A stretch of 40,053 nt of DNA from Chrysochromulina tobinii. Its lineage: Eukaryota. The position numbers and the translations under genes were made by a program. Location: contig JWZX01003375.1 of NCBI GenBank assembly GCA_001275005.1, positions 1 to 40,053 of the forward strand, in the 5' to 3' direction. Every line of letters starts with the position of its first letter. Positions within the stretch are counted from its first letter, which is position 1. This document shows positions 20,620-30,371 of the stretch, piece after piece. The notes under the pieces were generated by a model that was not told where the DNA came from, did no database searches, and worked only from the letters and a program-made list of their open reading frames with translations.

Positions 20620-21942
20620 TCACGCGGTCGGTGCGGCAACCTCGGCTCTGAACGTCGCATTCGTCGAGCTTCGCTGCGTGAGGATACCGGCCCGGCGCTC
20701 GTGCAGCCAGGCAGCTACCGAGGCGCACTCCTGCGCTTTTGTCTCCTGATGGGCGTTCACGACCGCCATCTGCTTGCGCAGCTTCTGGAGCTCGGAATCT
20801 CGGCTCTGGAGCTCATTATCGCGCAGCGCGAGCTCCTGCTTCGTCTTCGTCAGCTCGGTCAGCAGCCGCTTGTTTGAATCCTCCGGGAGCTCGGCATCTC
20901 GTTTCTGGAGCTCATTTTCGCGCAGCGCGAGCTCCTGCTTCGTCTTCGTCAGCTGGGCTTGCAGCCGCTGGTTCGAATCCTTCTCGAGCTGGGCATCCAG
21001 GTTCTGGAGCTCCATGTCGCGCACCCGCAGCGCGAGCTCCTTCTTCGTCTTCAAGACCTCGGCCTGCAGCAGCTGATGTGATTCTTTGCTGAGCTCCGCC
21101 TCTGCGTTCCGGAACGCGAGCTCCTCGTTCGTCTTCGTCAGCTCGGCCTGCAGCCGCTGGTTGGCATCCTTTTGGAGCTGGGCATCAATGCTGAGCATCT
21201 CCATATCTCGCACACGACGCGCGAGCGCCATGGCGAGCGCCTGCTCCGACTTCGTCAGCTCGGCTTGCAGGCGCTGGTTGGCAAGGATTCGGGCGTCGAG
21301 CTCCTCCTCGCGCGACTGTAGCAGCGCCTCGGATGCCTTGGCGCGCTCTTTCCATGTGAATAGTCTCTCGTCGTACAGATCATCGTCGTCGTCCGCCGCA
21401 CTCTCCGCGTCGTAGTCAGCTTCTTGCGGCAGTTCCGCATCATGGTCCTCGAACGGATCGATGATGGATTGGCACCGACGCGTGGACATGGGGGAGGACA
21501 TGGGCGATACGTTGCCACGGCCAAGAGCATCGTCGTCATCGTCCTCAAGCCTGTCCTCGTCGGCAAGATAGCGCATTCGCCCCTTGCGACCACTGGCCAC
21601 TGCGCTGCTGCACGGGCCCGTCACACTGCTAGTTTCGAACGACTCGAGCGGATCGACGATGGACTGGCACCGGCGCGTGGACATGGGGGAGGACAGCGGT
21701 GAGATATTGCCACGGCCGAGAGCATCGTCGTCATCGTACGCAAGGCTGGCCTCGTCGGAGAGGTGCTTTGGCGTTCGCATTCGCCCCTTGCCACTCTCCT
21801 TCGCCCCACATCGAAAGCCTGCCATGCGGCTAAGTTCAAACGGCGAGGCCAAGAGCTCGTCCACCATGCGCGATGAAAGGCCTGGGTGACGTGGTCGCGC
21901 GGTGGTTGGCGAGAGCTCCTCGTCTGGCTCGATGAGGGGCAT
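20620..21942 (-). CDS. Hypothetical protein with a duplicated Ser-rich N-terminal block and repetitive coiled coil
   Basis: DDDDALGRGN.SP.SSPMSTRRCQSI.DP.E occurs twice; about five NQRLQAELTKT..ELALR repeats; ATG at 21942. Confidence 0.7.
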   Translation of the reverse strand: MPLIEPDEELSPTTARPRHPGLSSRMVDELLASPFELSRMAGFRCGAKESGKGRMRTPKHLSDEASLAYDDDDALGRGNISPLSSPMSTRRCQSIVDPLESFETSSVTGPCSSAVASGRKGRMRYLADEDRLEDDDDDALGRGNVSPMSSPMSTRRCQSIIDPFEDHDAELPQEADYDAESAADDDDDLYDERLFTWKERAKASEALLQSREEELDARILANQRLQAELTKSEQALAMALARRVRDMEMLSIDAQLQKDANQRLQAELTKTNEELAFRNAEAELSKESHQLLQAEVLKTKKELALRVRDMELQNLDAQLEKDSNQRLQAQLTKTKQELALRENELQKRDAELPEDSNKRLLTELTKTKQELALRDNELQSRDSELQKLRKQMAVVNAHQETKAQECASVAAWLHERRAGILTQRSSTNATFRAEVAAPTA

Positions 21943-22155
21943 CCTATTCTGTCCGGGCTTCCAAAAAACTGGACCGACTGAAGGGCGAGCAAACTGGCGA
22001 GCACCCCGGCGAACGCTCAATTGAACGCGTCGCGATCGATGCTCTTTGCAGAAAGCCCAAAGCCGGCGCTTCGCATGCACGACTTCCTGCCGTGAGTGAC
22101 CACACGTCGCATCTTTCTTCGCGTGAAGAACCACGTCGCACCACCTCGTCCGTCA

Positions 22156-23055
22156 ATGCTGCGCCGTCAGGCACGTACGCGCCGCGAGTACCTCTACCAG
22201 AAGGCGGAGACAGCGCGCGAGCACTCGACGGTCGACCGCAAACGCAAGGTGCGCGAGGCGCTCGAGGGCGGTGCGCCGCTGCCCACCGAGCTCAGGCGCG
22301 AGGCCGACAGCCTGCGTGAGGAGCTCGCGCTCGATGACGTGCGCTCGGCGGCGTACCAGCCGGGAGCGGGCGGCTCGTCTTCGGCGGATGCGCTTGGCAT
22401 CGACTCTGAGTACGCCAACGCGGGCATTGCCGACCCAAAGGTCCTCGTCACGACGTCGCACGACCCGAGCAGCAAGCTGACGCAGTTCCTCAAGGAGATG
22501 AAGCTTCTCATCCCGAACGCGCAACGGATGAACCGCGGCGGGAACACGGTGCAGACGATCATTGACACGTGCCGCGCCGAAGGCTTCAGCGACCTCGTCA
22601 TCCTGCAGGAGCACCGCGGCGTGCCCGACGGCCTCGTCATCTCGCACTTGCCACACGGGCCGACGGCCTACTTTGGGCTACATAACGTGGTGATGCGGCA
22701 CGATCTGCCACAGGTGGCGCCCATGTCGGAGGCGTACCCGCACCTTGTGCTCGACAACCTGACCACCAAGGTCGGCCGGCGCCTCGGCATGATCCTCAAG
22801 CACCTCTTCCCGGTGCCCAAATTCGATAGCAAGCGCATCGTCTCCTTCCACAACCGCGACGACTTGATCTCGATGCGCCACCACGTGTTCACGAAGGACA
22901 AAGGCAAACCGCACATGATGGAGGTGGGCCCGCGATTCGAGCTAAAGCTCTACCAGATCAAGCTCGGCACCATCGAGCAGACCGAGGTCGAGAACGAGTG
23001 GTTGCTGCGCCCATACCATAACTCGGCCAAAAGGCGCAAGGTCATGGGCGATTGA
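22156..23055 (+). CDS. IMP4: U3 snoRNP protein IMP4 (Brix domain)
   Basis: MLRRQARTRREYLY.K, DPKVLVTTSHDPSS, EHRGVPDGLVISHLPHGPTAYF, EVGPRFELKLYQIKLGT, EWLLRPY.N. Confidence 0.97.
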   Translation: MLRRQARTRREYLYQKAETAREHSTVDRKRKVREALEGGAPLPTELRREADSLREELALDDVRSAAYQPGAGGSSSADALGIDSEYANAGIADPKVLVTTSHDPSSKLTQFLKEMKLLIPNAQRMNRGGNTVQTIIDTCRAEGFSDLVILQEHRGVPDGLVISHLPHGPTAYFGLHNVVMRHDLPQVAPMSEAYPHLVLDNLTTKVGRRLGMILKHLFPVPKFDSKRIVSFHNRDDLISMRHHVFTKDKGKPHMMEVGPRFELKLYQIKLGTIEQTEVENEWLLRPYHNSAKRRKVMGD

Positions 23056-23329
23056 CGATTCGAGTTGGACGCGCGTGGAGTCGCGCGGCGGATCTCTGGA
23101 TAAATAATGAAAGTCGTGGAGCTGTAATTTTTCTAAATCGGGCCTGATGCGTTTCAGAGCAAAAAGCGAGCAAAGGTCTCGCCGACACGCAATTGCGCTG
23201 GGCACCTGACTCCATCCGAGCGACACACGGCCGCCCCGGTGCGCGCTCATGAGAGCTTGCCGTGGATCGCTCGCGCTGCGCCTAATCGCCCTCTCACCCC
23301 CTTCGTCTAGTGCAGGATCGAATTCGGGC

Positions 23330-26125
23330 ATGTCGGAGGGACTCGATCCGAAGGTGTGGCATGAGGTCATCCGTGCGACGCTCTCTGCGTGGCTGTGCCG
23401 GCACTTCCAACCATGCTGCTGCGAACCGACGTCGGCGCACTTGCGGTGCCATCGGCACGTCGAGTTCCTTTGGCGAAAGCGCTACAAAGACGACCTCGTC
23501 ACACAGTTTGTGCGCGCCGAGCCGTGGCTCCAGAAGGCTGACCGGCTGCACCTGCGCGACATGATGGTAACGTCCCTCATCGCCAAGGGCTTCCCTGTGC
23601 TCCTCGCGAACACGTCCTCATCCAAGGCACGCGTCCACTTTCCGGATGGTACGCGCCACCGTGTGACGGGCGTGGCGCTCAACATTCGGCGGCGCGACCT
23701 GGGCCAGGGCGCGGACAGTACTGGCGGTGCCCATGTCACGTGGCGGCTCGGCCAGTCGGTCGAAGGCAGCTCGGAACAGTCAGAGTACGCCGAGCACTTC
23801 AGCGCGCACTACGACTCGGCCGACCGCTACTCCGACAGCCCCACAGGCACCGGGCTCTTCGAGGTGGACGACGGCGACGTGATCGACGATGACGATGACG
23901 ACCAGGGCGCGCACGATGGTGACGATTTGAATGAGCAGGACTTGCTATCCGCGTTCTCGGCGACGCTCCAGGACGACTCTTTCTTCCGACGGCCGCCTTC
24001 AATACTGCCGCGCGCCGCCGCCGCCGCCAATGCTGCCGCCGCGCGCCGCGCCTGCGCTAGCGCCAGCGCTGGCGGCTCCTCCCGCGGCCAGTTGCCTGCT
24101 GCGATCGGCGGGGGAGGCGACAGCAACCTTAGAGGGCTGCCTCGGATGCCGCGGCATGCAGACAGCGGCGCCTTCGGTGGCTTCGCGCCAGATGTAGATC
24201 TGCTCTCGGATACCTCATGGCTCGAGGATCCTCCGAGATTACCTCCGAGATTTGGATCTGCTCGAGATTTGGATCTGCTCGAGGATCCTCCGCTCGTAAC
24301 CGTGGCCGACCGAGGCGATGGTGCCAGCCCGATCCTCGCGTACACAGTTCCCGAGGCGCGGCGTGTCCTCTGCCCAACGGCGGCTGCGGAATCAACCCCT
24401 GGCCGAGGAGGGACGTACAGAGAGGTGCTGCGCGACGAGAAGCGAAAGGAGGACGAGCAGTGGCGACAGCAGCCGCAGTGGCAGCCGCAGCGGCAGCAGT
24501 GGCAGCGACAGCGGTGGCAGCAGCCGCAGCAGCAGCACGAGAAGCAACAGCAGCAGCAAGAGCAGCAGCTGCTGCGGCCGCGGCTACAGGTGGCGTTGAC
24601 CTCGGAGGCTGCGCCGCCCACCTGTAGACCTCTGCCCGCCGGCATGACCATGGCCTTGAGGGATGCGCCGGCAGCCATAGGATGCTTGCCCCCTTGCGTC
24701 ACGACCACCAAGAGGGCGAGCGGCGCAAGTGGCGCGTTGCAACTCCGGGCAATGATGGCGGCCTCGGCAGCCTCCTCCACCGCCGCCGCCCTCTCCACCG
24801 CCGCCATCGCCACCGCCGCCGCTGTCGCCGCCGCCGCAGCCGCTGCCGCTTCGACCAGCGGCACCGGCACAACGCCCACTGTAGCATGCGTCACCCCTTC
24901 CGTCGCACCCTCAGCCGCCACTGTGGCTGCCGTGGCTGCCGTGACAACGTTGCGAGCTACCGTCATCGGCCCCGCCCCGTCCGCTGTCATCGGCGCGGCC
25001 CCGTCCGCCGCCGGCGGCGCTGCCCCAGCCATCTCAATTGAATCCACGTCGTCGCTCAAGGCTACTGCCTCAACGAGCGATGCCTCCTTGATCTTGGGCA
25101 GAGTCAGCGCGGCTGGAGGCGATCTCAAGGCACTGAGTGAATTAAGTCAATTCAGCCAATCGCGCCTTCTTGAGCAGCTGAAGGGTCACGGCATCAGCAA
25201 GCTCGGGGAGCGGGTCGCCGCCGTGAATATGCTCAGGAGTGTGAATATGCTCAGAAGTGGGGCCCCGCTGCCCCTGCCCGCGTCGAGTGCATGGGCCGCG
25301 CGGCTGTCTGTGGCGTCGGCGACGCCAGCGACCGAAAGCGTCGGCGCTTCGGTGCGCCTCGTCAACCGTGACGAGGGCGGCTGTGAGGAGGGCGGTCGTG
25401 ACGAGGGCGGCTGTAAGGAGGGCGGCTCTGAAGAGGGCGGCTGTAAGGAGGGCGGCTGTGAAGAGGGCGGCCGTGAGGGCGGAACCTCGGGGACGGGAGA
25501 TACGATGATCGTGGATCCGCCTACCGTAGCCTGTACCGAGACGATGCCTGTGCTCGAGGACGGTGACTCAGAGTCGCTTCCGGACGTGCCAAATCTCGGT
25601 ACTGATCTCGGTACTGATCTCGGTAGGATCTGGTCGCAGCCCTCGCTCAGCGCTCAGCTATCGAGCGTGTCTCTTCCCGACTTCCTCACACTGTGGCCCT
25701 CGCCCGCCGCCCCCGGCCGTCCCTCTGCCCCAGTGCCGCCGACCTCAACAGCGCCCGTGAGCATGCCCGGTACGGCGCGACCGTTGGAGCGCAAGCGCAT
25801 GCGAGAGCTCCTCATCGGCGAAATGGACGAGGGCGACGAGGGCACCAGCGCGGACGATGCGCTCGAGGGCGGCAGCGACGAGTGCTGCCGAGCCGGGGCT
25901 GCTGAACCGGGCAGCGAGGGGCTCCCCTCGATCTCGGGGCGGATCTCGGGGCTCCCCTCGATCTCGGGGCGGATCTCGGGGCTCCCCTCGATCTCGGGGC
26001 GGATCTCGGGGCTCGATGGCTTGCTGCCCATGAGTAAGTGGCTGCAACCGGTCACGGATGTTAAGGTGCCGGGCTCACCTCTGCTGCTGCGTCCGGGCAG
26101 CAGCAAGCGTCGAGGCCTCCTTTGA
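23330..26125 (+). CDS. Large low-complexity protein with a small globular N-terminal domain and a SAM-like motif
   Basis: Open frame of about 930 aa; polyQ and polyA tracts; LLEQLKGHGISKLGERVAAVNML resembles the SAM domain end; basic C-terminus SKRRG. Confidence 0.6.
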   Translation: MSEGLDPKVWHEVIRATLSAWLCRHFQPCCCEPTSAHLRCHRHVEFLWRKRYKDDLVTQFVRAEPWLQKADRLHLRDMMVTSLIAKGFPVLLANTSSSKARVHFPDGTRHRVTGVALNIRRRDLGQGADSTGGAHVTWRLGQSVEGSSEQSEYAEHFSAHYDSADRYSDSPTGTGLFEVDDGDVIDDDDDDQGAHDGDDLNEQDLLSAFSATLQDDSFFRRPPSILPRAAAAANAAAARRACASASAGGSSRGQLPAAIGGGGDSNLRGLPRMPRHADSGAFGGFAPDVDLLSDTSWLEDPPRLPPRFGSARDLDLLEDPPLVTVADRGDGASPILAYTVPEARRVLCPTAAAESTPGRGGTYREVLRDEKRKEDEQWRQQPQWQPQRQQWQRQRWQQPQQQHEKQQQQQEQQLLRPRLQVALTSEAAPPTCRPLPAGMTMALRDAPAAIGCLPPCVTTTKRASGASGALQLRAMMAASAASSTAAALSTAAIATAAAVAAAAAAAASTSGTGTTPTVACVTPSVAPSAATVAAVAAVTTLRATVIGPAPSAVIGAAPSAAGGAAPAISIESTSSLKATASTSDASLILGRVSAAGGDLKALSELSQFSQSRLLEQLKGHGISKLGERVAAVNMLRSVNMLRSGAPLPLPASSAWAARLSVASATPATESVGASVRLVNRDEGGCEEGGRDEGGCKEGGSEEGGCKEGGCEEGGREGGTSGTGDTMIVDPPTVACTETMPVLEDGDSESLPDVPNLGTDLGTDLGRIWSQPSLSAQLSSVSLPDFLTLWPSPAAPGRPSAPVPPTSTAPVSMPGTARPLERKRMRELLIGEMDEGDEGTSADDALEGGSDECCRAGAAEPGSEGLPSISGRISGLPSISGRISGLPSISGRISGLDGLLPMSKWLQPVTDVKVPGSPLLLRPGSSKRRGLL
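25370..25482 (+). repeat. 15-bp coding repeat (EGGC[E/K]) x ~7
   Basis: GAGGGCGGCTGT-type units visible directly. Confidence 0.85.
25918..26012 (+). repeat. 30-bp coding repeat (GLPSISGRIS) x3
   Basis: GGGCTCCCCTCGATCTCGGGGCGGATCTCG perfect copies. Confidence 0.92.
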
Positions 26126-26834
26126 TCGACTGGAACAGTGCCGTCATCTTCGAGCCGAGGCGTCGGCTCCAAAAGAAGACGCCGGGCCGAGCGTGAGCAT
26201 GCGCACCGTCGAGCTGTGTGGCCGACCCTCTCCCCATCCTCTCCCCGGCCTGCGCTCCGCCTCTGGTTCACCGCGCGCTTGCCTCTGGTTCACCCGGTAC
26301 CACAACCGGCTGCGAGCGGCACAGTCGAGACAGTGTTCGGTTGTACCGCGTATTGAAGTCTCATCAATCTCTTGTGCGAAAATCGCGTGCACGGCACGGC
26401 ATTGTTTTGCCGCATGGCGGATGGCGCATGCCGGCGCCGGCGTCGCGTCGGGCTCGGGGTCGTCTCACGTCCGGCGAACACCCCCCTCGTCGGTTTTCAC
26501 CGCAAACACGACACTCAAGACGTCTCAACATGCGTCTCAAGCACTTCACATCCGAACGCCTATCTGCGCTGGCTGCGCAGCGAGGTGCAGGTGAGCACTT
26601 TCTACAGTATTTCTACAGCAGCACACGTGTGTCCCAACGACCTCCCGTGGCTTGCACGTCCACGTAATCGCTGAACTCCTCGCACGCGCTTATCATGTAA
26701 CTTGTGCGCGCACACCGCGATTCCGTCCACCGCGTCCCGCCGTCCGTGTCTTTCGTACATTCCGAGACTCCGTAGCCTCTGGCTCTGACCTCTGTCCCTC
26801 CCTCTCGCCCTCGAAAGTTGGCTGCTTGGCTCCT

Positions 26835-27419
26835 CTACTCGTCATCCGCGCTCACCTGTCCGAGCAGTGAGAACGGCGAGCTAGCGCGGCTAAGTGCGGT
26901 GCTCTGCGTAGGGCTCTGCGATGTCCACGCGCTCATGTATGCGCCGACGTCGTGGTCGAGCAGGCCAGGGGACGGCGAGCAGGTTGCAAAGGCGTCGAAG
27001 AGCTGGTTGTAGTTCTCTTCGCGGTTTCGAAGCTCGACCTTGTAGTAAGCCTCCATGGCCTGCATCTGCGCCAGGTCCTCGGGCCGGCTCTCGCGCTCCT
27101 TCTTCTTCAGCTCACGTAGCTCATCACGCAGGTTATCGATCTCGTCTTGCAGCGCCTGCTTTTCGGCCTCGCTGGTGCACGGCACTAGGGCCGCAAGCGC
27201 ACTGCGCAGCCGCGACCCTTGCGTAGAGCTCGCGTTGCTCAGGTGCCGCTGCACCTTTGCTGATGGCGTCTTGTCCAGTCGCGGCGCGCCTGGCTCCTCC
27301 TCGAGCTTGGCTGGGAGCTGGGTGCTGCGGAGGTGCGCAGCAAAGATGGAGGGCAGTGACAGCTGCGGGAGCACGGAGCCGCTCATCTTCGGCAGCCGCT
27401 CGCGGCGCCGGCCGAGCAT
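26835..27419 (-). CDS. Hypothetical coiled-coil protein
   Basis: 194-aa ORF with GC3 bias and heptad segment ALQDEIDNLRDELRELKKKE. Confidence 0.55.
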   Translation of the reverse strand: MLGRRRERLPKMSGSVLPQLSLPSIFAAHLRSTQLPAKLEEEPGAPRLDKTPSAKVQRHLSNASSTQGSRLRSALAALVPCTSEAEKQALQDEIDNLRDELRELKKKERESRPEDLAQMQAMEAYYKVELRNREENYNQLFDAFATCSPSPGLLDHDVGAYMSAWTSQSPTQSTALSRASSPFSLLGQVSADDE

Positions 27420-27554
27420 GCGACCAGCGAATGCGTGAGCAGGATTCCAGGGGTGAAGAGTCGATAAGGGAATGCATGCTCCATGCAGCGCTGTTTCGGT
27501 TTAAGTTCCGCTTCGTTACTTACAGTCAACAACTGTTAACCCACGTGACGCCTT

Positions 27555-28571
27555 TTACTGCTCCCAGGGTCGCGTCCCTTTTCGCAACCACGGTTCGGCC
27601 GGCTGATACGAGCGGCGGTCGGAGACGGGTGGCCGCGAGCCCGGAGCGAAGTCGACCTCCGGGTCAAGGGTGACCCGAAAGAGACCCTCGCCGCCGCGGC
27701 CAGTCTCAGCGCGCCGGTCGGGTCGCGCGCCGAGCACGACGATGAGGAACCAGCCGAAGGTGGCGGTGGGCACGATGTCGACGAAGGGCAGAAGCTCCTC
27801 CCAGAACGCGAGCAGCGCGAGCGCCGGCCAGTCGAAGAACAGCTCGATCGCGAACGCGTAGGCGAAGGCGAAGCCCACGTCGGTCAGCTCGTTGAGAGGA
27901 TAGAAGAGCGACTCGTCGCCGCCATTCAGAGGGTAGAAGAGCGATGCGTCGCCCGCCGCGTCGAGCAGGACGCATAGGATGAGCTCGAGCCAAAGGCCCG
28001 GGCTCACCGCGTTGGCGGGGGCGCTGGTGCTGCTGCTGCCGGTGCTGCTGGCACTGGCAGAGCCGCTCGTGCTGCTGCCGGTGCTGCTGCTGCGGCGGCG
28101 AAGGCCGAGGCTGCGACGGTTGGGCATGGTGGCGCCGCCTGCGTCGAATGCAGCCGCCTCCGCCTCTGTGAGCTGCGTACGGAAGAGGGAGCTGCTGCTT
28201 TCGGGCAAGCTTTTGGTGGCCACGCCGCGCAAGGTACCACCACCCAAGGCGAGCGAAGTCGCAACGACCAGAAGGACCACTGCCGCCACGCGCTCCTCTT
28301 CGAGCACGACGCGTAGCTGGTCGCGCGTGTCGTCAATAAGACCAGCCATGGATGGGAGCGCCGTTTGGTAGAAGCCTTCGAATTCACGCACCGAGTCGAG
28401 CATGCCGGAGAACAGCTTGCTGCCCTCGAGAAAGGCGTTGGCCGCTTCTTCCCGCAAGGCTGTCGGTTCGAGGGCGAGCGAATCCGGGGAGAGCGGTGCT
28501 GCGAGTGGCGAGTCGAGGGAGAGCGGTGATGCGCGAGGCTGAAAAGACGCGAGTCTTTGCAAGCTTTGCAT
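27555..28571 (-). CDS. Hypothetical membrane protein
   Basis: Several TM segments, including LILCVLLDAAGD...LAFWEELLPFVDIVPTATFGWFL; short internal duplication (SLFYPLN x2); ATG at 28571. Confidence 0.7.
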   Translation of the reverse strand: MQSLQRLASFQPRASPLSLDSPLAAPLSPDSLALEPTALREEAANAFLEGSKLFSGMLDSVREFEGFYQTALPSMAGLIDDTRDQLRVVLEEERVAAVVLLVVATSLALGGGTLRGVATKSLPESSSSLFRTQLTEAEAAAFDAGGATMPNRRSLGLRRRSSSTGSSTSGSASASSTGSSSTSAPANAVSPGLWLELILCVLLDAAGDASLFYPLNGGDESLFYPLNELTDVGFAFAYAFAIELFFDWPALALLAFWEELLPFVDIVPTATFGWFLIVVLGARPDRRAETGRGGEGLFRVTLDPEVDFAPGSRPPVSDRRSYQPAEPWLRKGTRPWEQ

Positions 28572-28743
28572 GCGCAATGCACAACGCGGTGTCGTGTTTC
28601 GTGTGAATGGACTCACTTTGGTGTGAATGTGCACGCACCCAAAATCGACGCGAGTTTTCCACATAGTGTTATCGTTCACATCGTTATTAACGCGCGCCTC
28701 CCTGCACACCAGCGAATGGTCACGCGTTATAAACCGGCTGCAC

Positions 28744-29112
28744 ATGAGCGAAGGCGGCATTCGGATGCGCGCGTCACACGTCCTCATCAAGCATTGCGAG
28801 AGCCGCAACCCCGTGAGCCGACGAACGGACTTATCTACGGAGAATGTGACTGTCGCCGCGGCACGTGAGGAGCTGAGTCGTTGGCGTGATGAGCTGCTCA
28901 AGGACAGCCGACCGATGCCCGAGAAGTTTGCGGCACTCGCGCATCACCGTAGCGACTGTGGATCATTCCAGGCGGGCGGCGACCTTGGCGAATTCGGCCC
29001 AGGCGAGATGCAGGAGCCTTTTGAGCAGGCCACCATCTCGCTGCCCGTTGGCGAGGTGAGCGGCATCGTGAGTACAGACTCTGGACTGCATCTGATCTAC
29101 CGTACGGCATGA
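28744..29112 (+). CDS. PIN1: Parvulin-type peptidyl-prolyl isomerase, Pin1-like without a WW domain
   Basis: RASHVLIKH.ESRNP.S, SDCGS...GGDLGEFGPGEMQEPFE, VSGIVSTDSGLHLI.R. Confidence 0.9.
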   Translation: MSEGGIRMRASHVLIKHCESRNPVSRRTDLSTENVTVAAAREELSRWRDELLKDSRPMPEKFAALAHHRSDCGSFQAGGDLGEFGPGEMQEPFEQATISLPVGEVSGIVSTDSGLHLIYRTA

Positions 29113-30371
29113 ACGCGGGGGCTATCGCCGAACGCGCGCGCCGGCGCGTCTCTCACGCCATTGGTGCTACGCGGAGCCTCTTGCTCCGACCTGCTGCCAT
29201 TCCATTGGGCTCCTTGCACAGCTCGCCTGCCCTCTGCCCTTCTCGGGTCGGAAGAATCGGCGGCGGCCGCCTGCCGCAGCATCCTTGCCGAGCCGACCTC
29301 TGCCGGCGGGCGAGACGCCATGAGCTCGACGAAGGCTCTCGCTCTTCCACAGCTGAGACGCGATTGATGAAGGGGCGCTTGTGTGCGGACTCAGCACGAC
29401 GAAACGACGCGACACAAGCTGCTCAGGTTCAATGCTCTCTGGCTGTACACGCAAATGCTTGAGAGCACGTCGCGCGGAGTGCCGCGTTGTGGCCTGCTGG
29501 CCTCGTCCTTCTCGATAAGTGGATTGTCTGGTTCGGCGAGCCGCACAACACAACCTCGTGGAGGCTCATCGGAGGCCTGAGTGTCTGCTCCCTGACAACA
29601 GTGTTGCCACCTAATCGTAGCGTTTAGAGACGGAGCCATCTCAAGTTTGTTTCGGAATCTATTTTGCTCGCGTCGCATGCGGCATGGCCCCCGAAGCAAC
29701 GCACGAGGCACACGTCGTCGAAGATGGCCACACCGGATGGCGCATGAAAAATAAGCTGTTGGACTGCGGCACACTGCGGAATGCAACGGAATGCTATTTA
29801 CAATATATACCTGTCCTTCAGCTCAAGGCATACCGCGTACCGGTTACCGCTTACCGGCGGTGCGAAACGCAAACGGCGCACGCGTGTTCACGACGCAAGC
29901 AAGCAAGCAAGCAAGCACGCACGGTGTCTCCTCGTCACGTCGCATTGCATGCAGCAGCAGCATGTAGGCGCCACTCTTGCATTAACGTCCAATTGTTCAT
30001 GACACGTCGGGGTCAATCTTGCAACCATGCGCACACATCTGTATTATCTGCTGCAGAGGGGGTCGCGAGGTCACACAGGGCACAGCCACGCAACTTTCAA
30101 AATGGCGCTCAAATTCGTCACTGGGTTGTGTTTCGGTCTGCGGGATGTAGAGTCTCGAGGAATGTTTCTGCGGAACTTTTTTGATTTCAGATTTCAGACT
30201 TGACTTGGCACGTTACTATTGTAGAACCGATGCATGCACGATCTCTCTTCACGCGTCTCTTATGGAGATTGAGATTCGAAAATTATGCGCCAGATTCGAA
30301 CTTGCGTTTTTTTGTTGACGTTGAGACGCGCTCCGAAAGCGGCCCGAGCGCGTCCGACGTAGACACGCGGC

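Noticed and set aside
926..28901. Many long overlapping or antisense ORFs (e.g. 1104-1892+, 13599-14414+, 23827-25128-) and N-terminal extensions overlapping neighbours (22134, 28901)
   Set aside because: Expected shadow ORFs in high-GC coding DNA; the extensions start at non-ATG or implausible codons.
29109..30370. Several short ORFs between PIN1 and the Pro-rich gene
   Set aside because: No motif and no convincing splice model; a small gene cannot be excluded.
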